DNA of 64,000 nucleotides, from NCBI GenBank assembly GCA_965216565.1, contig OZ244170.1, positions 992,001-1,056,000 on the forward strand, given 5' to 3'. Positions 1 to 12,744 of the stretch are shown one piece after another. Under the pieces are notes generated by a model, which saw only the letters and a program-made list of their open reading frames with translations, made no database searches and was not told where the DNA came from. Numbering within the stretch: the first letter of the stretch is position 1; every line of letters starts with the position of its first letter. The DNA is from Bythopirellula sp. (lineage in GTDB: Bacteria > Planctomycetota > Planctomycetia > Pirellulales > Lacipirellulaceae). The translations under genes and the position numbers were made by a program.

Positions 1-646
1 TGCCATTGCTCTCTTTTCGTGGATTAATGAAAGCATCCATGTAGCTCTTCGCCTTGAACCTTGGCGATTGCGAATCGGATCCCTTATTCTCGTCGAAGTC
101 GTACCGGCTCTTCTCGTCGCGACGCTGGATAAAGGGGGAATGGATGTCGATCAGGTCTTCGATACTCAAGCAGGCATCGATGAAATCTTCCACCGGCTCG
201 ACACCGACTTCGTCCATGTGACGACGAATCCGCGTGCCGTGGTTGGCCATGTCGTCCATCATTTTGCGGTTCGTCTGAGAGAACCACTGGTTGCACTTGA
301 AAAAGTCGCAGTGCCCGTAAACGTGGGCCATCACCATCTTCTGGTCGATCATCCCATTGCAGCGCATTAGATACGCATAGCAAGGATCGTTGTTGATGAC
401 CATCTCGTAGATTTTTTGCAGCCCGTAATGGTAACCTTTGGAAAGCTGTTCGTACTCCATCCCAAATCGCCAGTGGGGATAACGCGTGGGGAACCCGCCC
501 CGTGCGGCAATGGCGTTCAGTTGGTCGGCATCAATCAGTTCGAAGATGGTCGGGAAGAAGTCTAAGCCATAACTGCGGGCATACTCTTCCACCTCGACCT
601 GAATGGCGGCCAATTCTGGAGTCAGGTTGCCAAATTCTTGAGCCAT
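1..646 (-). CDS. spoVR: SpoVR family protein (5' part; runs off window start)
   Basis: Not in the ORF track; translated by hand from ATG at 646 (GAGGAG RBS): [36 protein letters not shown]...[16 protein letters not shown]...[16 protein letters not shown]. Typical SpoVR motifs, and it lies downstream of prkA-yeaH. Confidence 0.92.
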   Translation of the reverse strand, partial: MAQEFGNLTPELAAIQVEVEEYARSYGLDFFPTIFELIDADQLNAIAARGGFPTRYPHWRFGMEYEQLSKGYHYGLQKIYEMVINNDPCYAYLMRCNGMIDQKMVMAHVYGHCDFFKCNQWFSQTNRKMMDDMANHGTRIRRHMDEVGVEPVEDFIDACLSIEDLIDIHSPFIQRRDEKSRYDFDENKGSDSQSPRFKAKSYMDAFINPRKESNG

Positions 647-668
647 ATCTGTGCTCCTCGGTCCTTGC

Positions 669-860
669 TTAGGCGGCTTGTAGCACCTTGAATCGATCCT
701 TCGTCAGTGTGAATATCACATCGTAGAGCCGTGGTAATTCGAGCGCTAACTGACGTCGGGCCAATGCAATGGCGTCTTCGGGCGACGCTGCCTGGACCAT
801 CACTACAGAATGGCCCAACGAAACATGGAAGTTCTTCAAGTTGTTCAACTGGTCTCGCAT
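669..860 (-). CDS. Small hypothetical protein (63 aa) within the prkA-yeaH-spoVR cluster
   Basis: ATG with GAAGGGG upstream; co-oriented between yeaH and spoVR; natural-looking composition. Confidence 0.6.
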   Translation of the reverse strand: MRDQLNNLKNFHVSLGHSVVMVQAASPEDAIALARRQLALELPRLYDVIFTLTKDRFKVLQAA

Positions 861-941
861 TTGTCTGTCCCCTTCTGGAAAAGTTGTGTCCCTCCACCCG
901 CGGGGTGAAGTTAGCAGAGGGCTGAAACGTGTCGATCAAAT

Positions 942-976
942 CTCCCCTAACCCCTCCTTTTCAAAGGAGGGGGACT
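942..976. repeat. REP-like palindrome (CCCCTCC-loop-GGAGGGG-TTAGGGGAG family)
   Basis: CCCCTCCTTT-TC-AAAGGAGGGG hairpin; related sequences at 28306, 37975 and 44621. Confidence 0.7.
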
Positions 977-986
977 AATGAATGAC

Positions 987-2096
987 TTACTTCCCTTTGC
1001 CTAAAAACGTTTTGATGGATTGATAGATTCCGTCTTTGTCCGGAATCTCCGATAGTATCAGTGAGTCGTCGTCGCTGTACTGTTTGCGTAGTGCGTCGAT
1101 AAAGTCGCCACTGCCATACGGGCTTTCTACCTGGCCGTAGCAAAAGATATTGCTGGCGGGCAGCAGGCAATCTGAAAGCAAGTCGAAGGCCTGACGGTTG
1201 TCGTCGCCCCAGTTGTCTCCGTCGGAGAATTGAAAGCAGTAAATGTTCCAGTCGTCCACAGGGAACGAGTGATTGATCAACTCCGCACACACCTTGTAGG
1301 CGGAACTAATCCGAGTGCCGCCGCTCTCGCGGGTGTGATAAAACGTATGTTCGTCGACTTCCTTAGCCACTGCGTCGTGGATGATGTACCGGGTTTCAAT
1401 GCCCTGGTACTGGCTGCCGAGCCAAGTGTCGATCCAAAATGCCTCGGTTCGGACGATTTCTTTTTGCTCGTCGGTCATCGACCCCGAAACGTCCATCAAG
1501 TAAATGACCGCCGCATTCACTTGCGGTTGGGGCACGTCGTTCCACGAGCGATATTGCTTGTCGCTTTTGATAGGAACCACACGAGGGTCCGCCGGTTCGT
1601 AGCTGCCTGTGGAAATCTGACGGCGGAGGGCGTTGAGGTAAGTCCGCTTAAAATGCCTCAGCGACTCGGGGCCATTTTGGCGGATGCTGTTGTACTTAGA
1701 CTTTTCCGAAACAATGTTTGCAGTCCCTTTGGGCTGAATGCGGGGCAGCTCCAGTTCATCGCCCAACATGGCAGCCAACTCGTCGAGGTCCACTTCGACT
1801 TCCAGATAGTGCTCGCCACCCGGATCACTTCCTGCACCGCCAGAACCCGCTGGGCCTTCGCCCGGCTTTCCAACGGGGTCGCCCACTTCACCTTCACCTT
1901 GGCCCACGCCGCCGGAACCATTTTTGCCGAATTTGAATCGAGGCACGTCGAGCTGCGGAACGGGGATGCTAACAACATCTTTTCCCTTCCGGCCGATCAT
2001 CTCGCCGTGAGTGATGTATTTTCGGAGATTGTCGCGAATGCGACCGCGGACAATCTGTTTGAAGCGACGTTGGTCGCGTTCGATATCCATCACCAT
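987..2096 (-). CDS. yeaH: YeaH/YhbH (DUF444) family protein with vWA-like domain
   Basis: [12 protein letters not shown]-terminus, Gly-rich linker, MIDAS-like [16 protein letters not shown] and FSDGDNW; adjacent to prkA. Confidence 0.9.
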   Translation of the reverse strand: MVMDIERDQRRFKQIVRGRIRDNLRKYITHGEMIGRKGKDVVSIPVPQLDVPRFKFGKNGSGGVGQGEGEVGDPVGKPGEGPAGSGGAGSDPGGEHYLEVEVDLDELAAMLGDELELPRIQPKGTANIVSEKSKYNSIRQNGPESLRHFKRTYLNALRRQISTGSYEPADPRVVPIKSDKQYRSWNDVPQPQVNAAVIYLMDVSGSMTDEQKEIVRTEAFWIDTWLGSQYQGIETRYIIHDAVAKEVDEHTFYHTRESGGTRISSAYKVCAELINHSFPVDDWNIYCFQFSDGDNWGDDNRQAFDLLSDCLLPASNIFCYGQVESPYGSGDFIDALRKQYSDDDSLILSEIPDKDGIYQSIKTFLGKGK

Positions 2097-2130
2097 GGGT
2101 GATAGTTCTCCAATCTTTCAGTGCTTGGGC

Positions 2131-4182
<2,052 letters not shown>

Positions 4183-5262
4183 GGTCCTGCTCCTAAGGTA
4201 GGCGGCTTCGCCGCTCGGGTCTCTGAATGAGTTGCTACTTATGAATCTATGGATTTCGCCTTATCTACATCGCCACACAGGTTCAAGCCTCGCGCAGCGG
4301 CGGACTCAAAAGTGCTGTGATTTCTCGTTATGTTAATGCCAACGGTTGGCAGCGCTTCCATGCGCATTCGATTAGGTGCGTGGTTCCGACAATTTTCGAG
4401 CAGGTCTAGGCAGACCGGGCTCTGTGCGATCGATGGGGAAAAGGTTGATTGGCAGAAACCAATCAATTCCTCGGAGGGAGACGAAACTTCCCGACTAGGA
4501 GCCGTCTGAGTGAGGAAAAGAACGCACACGCGGAAAAAGGGCGATACAAACTGCCCCTCTTTGCATGTCTTGATGCACGCGCCTAATAGAAGGTTGGCAA
4601 AGAGCGCTGAGGTTCATTCACCGATTGGCTTGCCAGATTGGCGTTTCTACAAGCCAGTCTAGTGGTGCTGCGGGCGACAAATCCTGACAGCACGTTTCTA
4701 CTTCTAGTATCGACACAAATTCCAACTAGGGCAACATCGAGTTTTGTCCTACAACGTTGCGGGAATATCTCCCGAGTGGTCAAGCATCGCAATTTCTGGC
4801 AAAAACAACGTGATTCATTGATTCATTTAGAAATATAAGCTCACCTCTCCCTCTACAGAAATAATAGCTGCGCCAGAATCCCCCCGGTGGAGCGGATTGG
4901 ACAATTGTGGGCGATAATGGCTCTCCAGGGCTGGTCGAATTACTGGCATTGATAGCCCTTTTCAGATCCAGGGCGATTTCAGACGCCTTTTCTAGGGCTT
5001 TCAGGGTTTAGCCCAGGCTCTCAGCCAGTGCTGTGCGTCAACTTAGGGGCTTTCAATGGAATCTTCGGATTCTTGCGACTTTGACGAAAGTAGCGATTGT
5101 CCGTGAGCCGATACCAGCAGTACGTGCAAGTTCCCGGGGGGGCTACCGAGACGCGCATGCTGCGGACAATAGGTCCCAAATTGTGTGTCGAAGACCAGCC
5201 AGACAGCCAATTTGCTCGCAAGGCCATACGATCTTGTGAGATTCGCTGTCGAAGGTCGATCC

Positions 5263-6780
5263 ATGATACTCACCCGGAAATATCTACAACGGACATTACT
5301 TGTTGGCGGTCTCACTGCTACGTGGGCGCTTGCGGGAATGTTTTCCCCAGCCTCTGCGCAATCGCTTCGATTTCAGCGTCCTGCAGAATCGCGGCAGTTG
5401 GCGAAAGAAAGGCAGGTGAACGAAGGTTTTCGCTCGCCCAATTCGACAACCCAAGCGACCCAACCCAAGGCCTCTGCGCGCACAGTCCCTTCCAAACGGG
5501 CAAACCAAAAGACAGCTAACACACGCTCCACGTCCTCCACAGCGCCACGCGTTGCGGAGGTGCAAGTAACGCGTCCTCAAACGTCCACGGTCAAGTTGCC
5601 GTTGGAAGTCGCCCAGAGTATTTACGAACTACGCAACGGCGCCCAAGCGAGTCGCGAGAAGGTGCGTCAGACCCAGCATGTGCCTCAATTGGCTCAGGCA
5701 GAGGGCTCCGAAGAAATTCCAGCACCGGTCTCAGGATCGGGAGAGACAGAATACATCCTCGAAGGTGAAGAATTTGGAGGATACGAATATGGAGCGCCCT
5801 GTGCCTCTTGCCAAGGAGGCGGCGGCGGTTGCAACTGTGGCTATGGAGTGGAACCAGGCTGCGGATGCGCTGGGCAGGGATGCGGCGGCGGGGTCGGCTG
5901 TGGGAGCTGTGTTGGTGCTCCCGGGCCCGACTACTGGTGTTTCCCCGTTTGCCTACCACGATTCAAGGATCTAACGATCTGGGGTGGTGTCCATGGATTC
6001 CGTGGCCCTCGAGATTTCTATGCACCGGGAGTGTCTGTGCCCGGTTCGAGAAGCGATTCCAATTTCGGATTCCAAACCGGTTTTAACCTCAGCGGGCGAG
6101 CTCCGTTGGTCGGCTTGGTGTTTCCGGAGCTGAGCTACCAACTCGGTTACCAGGCCGTGGGTAGTCGGCTGTCGGGTACTGTTAACGACACTAGCGACCG
6201 AAGCCAGCAGTTTGTCACCGCCGGCTTCTTTCGGCAGGTGCAAAGTGGCTTTCAGTATGGACTTGTCTGGGACATGGTAAATGATGATCTCCACATGGAG
6301 CACGACATCCACCAAATACGGTATGAACTGAGCCTAAAGAGTCCTCAAGGTCGAGAGATTGGTTTCTGGGCTACGAACTCGACTAATACCGTAGATATCC
6401 TGGGTGTCGGATACGCTGCCGTAGATCAATACGCTGCCTTTTATCGCTGGGACTTTGGCAAGAGCTCAAGTGGTCGATTCTGGGGCGGTTTTACCGAAGA
6501 CAGTGAAGGCCTATTCGGTGGGCAATTCATTACGCCCATCAACGATCGTTGGTCGGTGGAATCGGTATTCAACTATCTGATCCCCGACGAAGACGCAGGC
6601 CTGGCCGGCGTCAGTCAGGAATCTTGGAACGTCGGGATCAACTTCGTTTGGCATCTCGGACGCACAGCACGCAAGTGTGCACGCAGCCCCTATCGGCCTT
6701 TATTCTCGGTCGCTGACAACGGCTGGTTGTTCGTCGATCGAGCCAATGCCGCAGGAAATGGCGACAACGATATCAATTAA
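5263..6780 (+). CDS. Secreted protein with Cys/Gly-rich linker and probable beta-barrel C-terminus (DUF6666-like)
   Basis: Signal peptide (MILTRKY...SPASA), low-complexity and Cys-rich segment, then aromatic/Gly-rich alternating strands (GGVHGFRGP, NFGFQTGFN, WNVGINFVW). Start chosen at ATG 5263. Confidence 0.7.
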   Translation: MILTRKYLQRTLLVGGLTATWALAGMFSPASAQSLRFQRPAESRQLAKERQVNEGFRSPNSTTQATQPKASARTVPSKRANQKTANTRSTSSTAPRVAEVQVTRPQTSTVKLPLEVAQSIYELRNGAQASREKVRQTQHVPQLAQAEGSEEIPAPVSGSGETEYILEGEEFGGYEYGAPCASCQGGGGGCNCGYGVEPGCGCAGQGCGGGVGCGSCVGAPGPDYWCFPVCLPRFKDLTIWGGVHGFRGPRDFYAPGVSVPGSRSDSNFGFQTGFNLSGRAPLVGLVFPELSYQLGYQAVGSRLSGTVNDTSDRSQQFVTAGFFRQVQSGFQYGLVWDMVNDDLHMEHDIHQIRYELSLKSPQGREIGFWATNSTNTVDILGVGYAAVDQYAAFYRWDFGKSSSGRFWGGFTEDSEGLFGGQFITPINDRWSVESVFNYLIPDEDAGLAGVSQESWNVGINFVWHLGRTARKCARSPYRPLFSVADNGWLFVDRANAAGNGDNDIN

Positions 6781-7028
6781 CACATGCCCCCCCTGGGGAC
6801 TGGTATCCTGTCGAAGTGTCCGCTCGAGTTTGCCCGAATCTGTGGTGCAAGTGTTGCAAGCAGGCCACCAATTTCTGCGAAAATGGCTAATTTACGCCGT
6901 TCAACGCGATTTTGGCGCTGCCGTATGCCGAATCGGTGAGTACACTTATAAGCTTTCACTGAGCCGGTTATTGCCCAGTAATGGCCCCGGCACCAAGAGA
7001 TTAGAACTTTTTTTGGGAGTATCGAATC

Positions 7029-7295
7029 ATGCAAACGGTTCAAGCGAATTGGGAGGACGATGAAAACAATCGCCAGGTAGAGTTTTCCGTGGCTTACACA
7101 CGCCAGGAAGACAATCTGGAGATCAAATCGATTACTCCCAGCAAAGTGACTTTTTTCTGCCCCGAAACGAAGAACCCTGTCCGCACGATCAACGTTTGGA
7201 CCGACAAGGGACGCGAGTTGCTCAAAGGGCAGTTGCACACCAGTGGCAACTTAGACAAGATCGAAGAGCAGGTTGAAGCTTCGCTAGCCGTCTAG
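7029..7295 (+). CDS. Hypothetical protein (88 aa)
   Basis: GGGAG RBS, ATG, and a terminator directly downstream. Confidence 0.7.
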   Translation: MQTVQANWEDDENNRQVEFSVAYTRQEDNLEIKSITPSKVTFFCPETKNPVRTINVWTDKGRELLKGQLHTSGNLDKIEEQVEASLAV

Positions 7296-7321
7296 GCTTT
7301 GAAGAAATACGAAGAACCAAT

Positions 7322-7352
7322 AGCCCGTTGGTATCTGCCAACGGGCTTTTTT
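7322..7352 (+). terminator. Rho-independent terminator
   Basis: AGCCCGTTGG-TATCTG-CCAACGGGCT followed by a T run. Confidence 0.85.
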
Positions 7353-7371
7353 ATTGTGCCAGGAGATGGCA

Positions 7372-8547
7372 TCAACGGCGATCGAGATTGATTCGCAAGG
7401 GGGTCAGAACGCGACTCGGGTCTTGGCCGCGTTCGACGGACGGCTGGCCAAGGGCTGTTGTGTCGGCCCCCCATTGATCGAATGTCACTTTCAGTTCCAT
7501 CTCTTTCAACTTAGGACCCCGTCCAAGTTGCCGTTTCACTTTCAACACGACGCTATCATTGGCCCGATGTCTGGCGATCCGCTGAGTTAGTTCTCGAAAG
7601 TTCTTAACCGCCTTGCCATCGATATGCGTGATGTGGTCTCCCTTTTTCAGACCTGCGTTTTCAGCAGCCGTGCCAGGAACCACCTCCATGACGATTGCCT
7701 TGGGATGTTCGTTTCCTCGTATTCCCAGTTTTGCGCCTCCGCGAACCTCCAGAGTGGTACGCTGCGGAAGTCTCGCTTCCAATTGTTCCACAACCTCGTC
7801 CGAAATATTCATTCCGTAGAGTTCAATCCGACGAAGTTGCGGTAAGTCGAGCAGGATGGTTGCGACTTCGTCTCCTAACTTTGCCGAGTGAAAGCTAAGC
7901 GTAATCACCCTACGGAGGTCGCGTAACGGGCTAAGCCCAGCGACTCCTCCCGTCCAATCCTTGTCGATAGTTATCTGAAGCGGACGCACATTGCCGCCGG
8001 GAAGTTGCAAGACAGGAATCCTATTCTGTGTGTCAATCGTGCAATGCGCACCAAGCTCAAGAATCTTGGTCAGTGCCGCCAGTTCCTTGGCATTGGCGAG
8101 CAGTTCGCCAGCTAGGAGCGATTCCTGGGGGTGATCTTCCAACCCGATGATTTTCTTGAGGGCCGCGATCCTCAACTTGTGCCGCTTCGTTTGTTCCGAC
8201 CAAGCCAGCAGAATATTGAGCGCACGCGTCGAACTTTCCAGACTGCCTGAACTTGCCTCTTTGGCAATTTTGTCCAATGCCGCCATTCCCGCTTCTGAAA
8301 GATTCTCCTGAGCGTTTTCGCGATTGTCGAAGAGATTGTCGTCGAGCTCTGAAATCCAGCGATCAATCTGTTCGGCAGTAGGCGGCTCACTCTTGGCTGC
8401 TTCTTCATCTGCTGGTTGAGAAGTGGTCTGGGGAGCTGGCTCAGTTGGTTGAGATGACTCGGCGGCCTGAGAGATGGCGTAACGGCTGAGACCAACCACG
8501 ACGGTCGCAACAACCAGCCCACTAATCATCGCGCGAACGAATTTCAT
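7372..8547 (-). CDS. Secreted protein with helical/LRR-like region and C-terminal PDZ domain
   Basis: Signal peptide from MKFVRAMI; PDZ motif LGIRG...VVPGTAAENAGLKKGDHITHIDG. Confidence 0.75.
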   Translation of the reverse strand: MKFVRAMISGLVVATVVVGLSRYAISQAAESSQPTEPAPQTTSQPADEEAAKSEPPTAEQIDRWISELDDNLFDNRENAQENLSEAGMAALDKIAKEASSGSLESSTRALNILLAWSEQTKRHKLRIAALKKIIGLEDHPQESLLAGELLANAKELAALTKILELGAHCTIDTQNRIPVLQLPGGNVRPLQITIDKDWTGGVAGLSPLRDLRRVITLSFHSAKLGDEVATILLDLPQLRRIELYGMNISDEVVEQLEARLPQRTTLEVRGGAKLGIRGNEHPKAIVMEVVPGTAAENAGLKKGDHITHIDGKAVKNFRELTQRIARHRANDSVVLKVKRQLGRGPKLKEMELKVTFDQWGADTTALGQPSVERGQDPSRVLTPLRINLDRR

Positions 8548-8730
8548 TTTTCTTAGATAGGAGTGCATGGCGGCTGTGTGGAAAGCGAACCGTATTGCGG
8601 TGAATATCGACTGAGTGCCTCCTCTCATTGTAGCATTCTTGGCGAATTGGGGCGCAAGTTGGATGTTTTCCGACTCGTCGAGATTTGCCCGGAGTTGTGG
8701 CCGGAGAAGCTGTTTATTAGGCTCGTAGTC

Positions 8731-9924
8731 ATGGAACTGGCATTACTTGGCTCCGATTACGACACTGTTTCCCTGACAACCGCAGCCCACAATTTGGGCC
8801 ACGCGATCGTGTGGACTGGCGACACCGACTGGGCTCGCCAAGAGTTTCAGCTGCCGTGGCTCACCGAGCAAGATCAGCACGACAATTGGGAATCGCTATT
8901 AGACAGTGGGTTTTGCGATGCAGTCTTGGTAGGTCGGGGCAGTATGCCAATAGCCCTGCGGCAAGAGCAGCTTAGCCAGTTGATGAAAAACGGCATCGCT
9001 GTGCTGACTTCGTTTCCGATTTTCGACTCGGTCCTTGCCTACTATGAAATCGACATGGTCCGCAACGAGACAGGCGCCCTGTTGCGGCATTACAATCCGC
9101 TGGCAAATTACGGCGATCAATCTAACTCTTGGCTCATGCGAGGTAGAGAAGAGGTAGGTCGTATCGAACAGGTTCGCTGGGAACGTCCGCTGGAAGACCG
9201 GAGCCGTGAGAATGTCGTTCGCCACTTTGCCCGTGACGTGGCGGTATTGGAGAGTGTCGCTGGTCGGCTGAATCGGCTGGGCGCACACGGTTCGGGCGAC
9301 GAGGCCGCTACCTATTCCGGATTGAGTGTGCAGCTCATTGGAAAATCCGAAATCCCAGTCCAATGGTCCGTTCGACCCGCCAAGTCGCAAGTCACATCGC
9401 AGTTAACTGTGCTGGCTGAACACGGCGAGATCAATGCATCATTCTCACGAAGTGGCCAGCTAGTGAGCATGGGTGCCGATTACGACGACGGCAATGCAGA
9501 CGCCGATTCGATCCAACCGGCGGACCCTTGTGAGCGTGAAATCGAACAACTCGAAAAGGCCCTGACTCAGGGTGGCCCGTCTTCCACCTGGCCCGAGGCA
9601 TTGCACGGCATGGAATTGGCCGACACGATCGAAATCAGCTTGCGACGTGGGCGGATGATCGACATCCACCCGCAACAGCTAACTGAGGACCTGGCCTTCA
9701 AGGGCACGATGTCTGCCGCGGGTTGTGGCGTGCTGATGATCTTGCCCCCACTATTGCTGTTCTTAGGTTGGATAGCCGGTCTGGTCGGCCTGCCTGTCGC
9801 CGACTATTGGGAGCATGCGTTGCTGGCGCTGCTGTCTTTGTTTCTGGCGATCCAATTTCTGCCGAAATTGCTTGCGGATCCAAAATCTGAAACGGATGCA
9901 GCCGATTCAGATCTCGCCGAGTAA
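8731..9924 (+). CDS. Degenerate Gfo/Idh/MocA-like oxidoreductase-fold protein with C-terminal TM hairpin
   Basis: MELALLG start, WESLLD...DAVLVG and ELADTIEISLRRGRMI motifs, two hydrophobic C-terminal helices. Confidence 0.55.
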   Translation: MELALLGSDYDTVSLTTAAHNLGHAIVWTGDTDWARQEFQLPWLTEQDQHDNWESLLDSGFCDAVLVGRGSMPIALRQEQLSQLMKNGIAVLTSFPIFDSVLAYYEIDMVRNETGALLRHYNPLANYGDQSNSWLMRGREEVGRIEQVRWERPLEDRSRENVVRHFARDVAVLESVAGRLNRLGAHGSGDEAATYSGLSVQLIGKSEIPVQWSVRPAKSQVTSQLTVLAEHGEINASFSRSGQLVSMGADYDDGNADADSIQPADPCEREIEQLEKALTQGGPSSTWPEALHGMELADTIEISLRRGRMIDIHPQQLTEDLAFKGTMSAAGCGVLMILPPLLLFLGWIAGLVGLPVADYWEHALLALLSLFLAIQFLPKLLADPKSETDAADSDLAE

Positions 9925-10207
9925 TGAATAAGCTCGCCCTCGACGCATATCCGCCGTTCATTGACCAGCCGGAGGCTCACCTGCCTCCGAAGTGCGTCGG
10001 ACCGCCCATCACGGCGTGTAGATAGTGGCGGTCTGCTCAAAAGCAGCCCAGCACCTGACTACAGCAACTCACTAGCACCTGCGTGCCCTGTAAAACTTTG
10101 CTGGTTGGGCAAAAGTTGCCGTTCTCTGGTTGCCGATTCTTTCAGTGGAGGGAATGGTTCTGCTGAACTTGCCGCGACGTTGCACGTTGCTGGGCGAGAA
10201 AAAGCAT

Positions 10208-10777
10208 ATGTTGGGGGAGATCTGGGTGGTTTCGCGATTGTATATCTGGGGCGTGCTATGGCTGAGTGCTTCAGCGTGCACTGGCTGCTATAGCGCGATG
10301 AGCCCGTTGGGCTGCCACCCTCATCACGGATGCCCCGGAAACGGCGGCTGTGCCTTGAGAGAGCATGATTTGGGCGAGGCGCTCGATCGGTTCTGCACCG
10401 GAAAGTGCTTCTCTGCGAAGCAGTGCGTCAGTGATTGCGGTTGTGGAGTTGGCAATTGCGGATGCGAAGTCGAAGAATTGTGCGAACCACAGGTATCGGA
10501 CAATTGCCAAGGAATGTGCGTCACACAGTGCGAGGCGTGCGGACCAGGAGGCTGTCTGGGAGAGCATTGCCCGCTGCGAAGCTGCAATTTGCGGCTGGCC
10601 TGCAAGGTTGAGCCTGGACCACCGCCAGTAACTTGCCAGCCGCCCATGCCACCAACCTTCTTACCGGTGCCTACGCGGCCAGTCTTTTCTGCCGTGCCTC
10701 CGTATGGCTCGGGCGCATCGATCCCTTCGGTCGAATCTCACTGGGGACCTCAGCTATCAAGTCCAGGTCGAAACTAG
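10208..10777 (+). CDS. Cys-rich probable exported/lipoprotein
   Basis: Hydrophobic segment ending SASACTGC, about 22 Cys, Pro-rich tail with FLPVPTRPVF. Start uncertain (ORF is open from 10130). Confidence 0.55.
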   Translation: MLGEIWVVSRLYIWGVLWLSASACTGCYSAMSPLGCHPHHGCPGNGGCALREHDLGEALDRFCTGKCFSAKQCVSDCGCGVGNCGCEVEELCEPQVSDNCQGMCVTQCEACGPGGCLGEHCPLRSCNLRLACKVEPGPPPVTCQPPMPPTFLPVPTRPVFSAVPPYGSGASIPSVESHWGPQLSSPGRN

Positions 10778-10918
10778 CGCTGTCTATGCTATCACGCATG
10801 ACAACCTAGGCGGACTGTGAGGGCGACAGGTCGTAACGCTGGAGCGGATGGTAGCGGCAGGCCGATTCCGATTCTGAACCCACCCGGCTGATCCCCCGCC
10901 TTTGCACATCGTCTATCG

Positions 10919-12340
10919 ATGCGCAGGACTAGATACGGACGACCCTTGATGCTCGACCCGCGCCTCCGCCTTGCCGCCCGTCTGTTTCGAAGTTTCCGCA
11001 CCCTCACGATGGGGCTCACGCTTCTGAGCTTATGTGTCGGCCAGACATTTGCTTCGGAGCGTTTCACACCCATCGTTCGAGCAGTGCAAGACTGCTCGCC
11101 TGCGGTCGTAAACATTCAAGGACAAAAGTCAGTTGCTGATCCAGCGGTTGCTGCTGGTCAACGGCAGGTCAACGGGATGGGGACCGGCGTGGTGATCGAT
11201 TCTCGCGGCTACATCTTAACCAATCACCATGTTGTGGATGGCGTGCGGCAAATCAATGTCACACTCGATGGCGGTCGGACGTACATCGCACGCATCGTGG
11301 CACGGGACCCCGAAACCGATTTGGCAATCATCCACATCAAATCCCCTGGTTCGCTACCCGTGGTCCAGTTTGGAACTTCCGACGACTTGATGCCAGGCGA
11401 AACCGTAATCGCCGTCGGCAATGCCTTCGGCTACGAGCATACAGTGACCCGTGGGATTATCAGTGCTTTGCACCGCAACGTGCAAGTGAACGAAACGCAA
11501 CAGTACCTGGATCTCATCCAAACCGATGCGAGTATCAATCCAGGCAACAGCGGTGGGCCGCTATTGAATATTGAAGGCAAGATGATTGGCGTCAACGTCG
11601 CGGTGCGAGCCGGTGCTCAGGGTATTGGGTTTGCCATTCCCATCGACAAGGCGCTCGATGTGGCAGCGCGAATTCTCAATATCGAAGAAGTTGACAATCA
11701 CTGGCACGGAATGACAGCGCTATCGGCTGACGGGCCACGAGGGCCAGTTTCTGTGGCTCGGGTGAAAAAGAATAGCCCGGCACTTTCTGGCGGAATCCAG
11801 CGAGGCGATTTGCTGCAACGCATTGGCACTGTCGATATTCAGCGCCCCATGGATGTCGAGCGGGCTTTCTTAGGTCGGCGAGCTGGTGAGAAAATTGCTG
11901 TCGTCGTTCGCCGCAACAAAGAGACGGTCCACTTGAATCTGACACTGGCGAACTACCCAGGCGGTCGCAAAGTGGCCAAATCTTCGTCCTCGCCAGTGAC
12001 CAGTACCTTGGGCGACGCCACTTGGGACGCGCTGGGAATGGCGTTGGAGCAGGCACCCCGCAGCGAGCTGAGGAAGTCGGGCGTCGCCTATCAGGGAGGC
12101 ATGAAAGTGGTTGCCGTGCGACCGGGGAGCTCAGCAGCCCAACAAGGGGTTCGAGAAGGAGACATCCTTGTCCGCATGCACCGCTGGAAAGTCGACTCGC
12201 TGAGAGATGTGCGCTACATTGTCGAACGAGCCGATACGCTGTCTCGCACAGGCGAAGTAAAATTCTACATCGTACGCGGCAACGATACCTTCTATGGCCA
12301 TATGGAAGTTGCAAGCGCCAAGACATCTAAACGTCGCTAA
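10919..12340 (+). CDS. HtrA/DegP-like trypsin serine protease with two PDZ domains
   Basis: ILTNHHVV, DLAII and QTDASINPGNSGGPL catalytic motifs; two PDZ-like repeats. Confidence 0.92.
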   Translation: MRRTRYGRPLMLDPRLRLAARLFRSFRTLTMGLTLLSLCVGQTFASERFTPIVRAVQDCSPAVVNIQGQKSVADPAVAAGQRQVNGMGTGVVIDSRGYILTNHHVVDGVRQINVTLDGGRTYIARIVARDPETDLAIIHIKSPGSLPVVQFGTSDDLMPGETVIAVGNAFGYEHTVTRGIISALHRNVQVNETQQYLDLIQTDASINPGNSGGPLLNIEGKMIGVNVAVRAGAQGIGFAIPIDKALDVAARILNIEEVDNHWHGMTALSADGPRGPVSVARVKKNSPALSGGIQRGDLLQRIGTVDIQRPMDVERAFLGRRAGEKIAVVVRRNKETVHLNLTLANYPGGRKVAKSSSSPVTSTLGDATWDALGMALEQAPRSELRKSGVAYQGGMKVVAVRPGSSAAQQGVREGDILVRMHRWKVDSLRDVRYIVERADTLSRTGEVKFYIVRGNDTFYGHMEVASAKTSKRR

Positions 12341-12744
12341 GTAGGTGCGCGAACTCATCAGTTCGACGTAACCCATCACTACCAGCCGAGTGTAGTCTGG
12401 TCCTCCCTCACTAGGGTTATCCTCGCAAGAATTTTCTCACATCAAACTCGGAAAAACGGTTGACCGAATCGGGAACCCGCTTAAGTTGAAGGTAGAACGC
12501 TGTAAGCTTCTGCTTTCTTGGGGGGACGAAGCTAGTGAATCTCACATTTCTCAAAGATGGGGCGTAAATTCTTCGCGCCTCGCGGAAATAGTTGCGGTCA
12601 GATTCTCAGATCGCGGTAGTCCGATCACTGCATAGACGCAGATTTCCTACGATTAGCTGGTCATGTTTTCGCTGCGCTAGTGGTGCACGCTGACGAGCTA
12701 TCGATTCCCTTACTTGCGCAAAAAGCGCTGGAGGTCAGTTCATC

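Noticed and set aside
1230..2102. 290-aa plus-strand ORF (also 15164-16108, 24075-24947 and 44646-45260)
   Set aside because: Antisense shadows of well-supported genes, with no motifs of their own.
4183..5262. Long intergenic region as a riboswitch or ncRNA
   Set aside because: Some hairpin potential near 4465-4518, but no family motif I can recognise; an Rfam/Infernal search would be needed.
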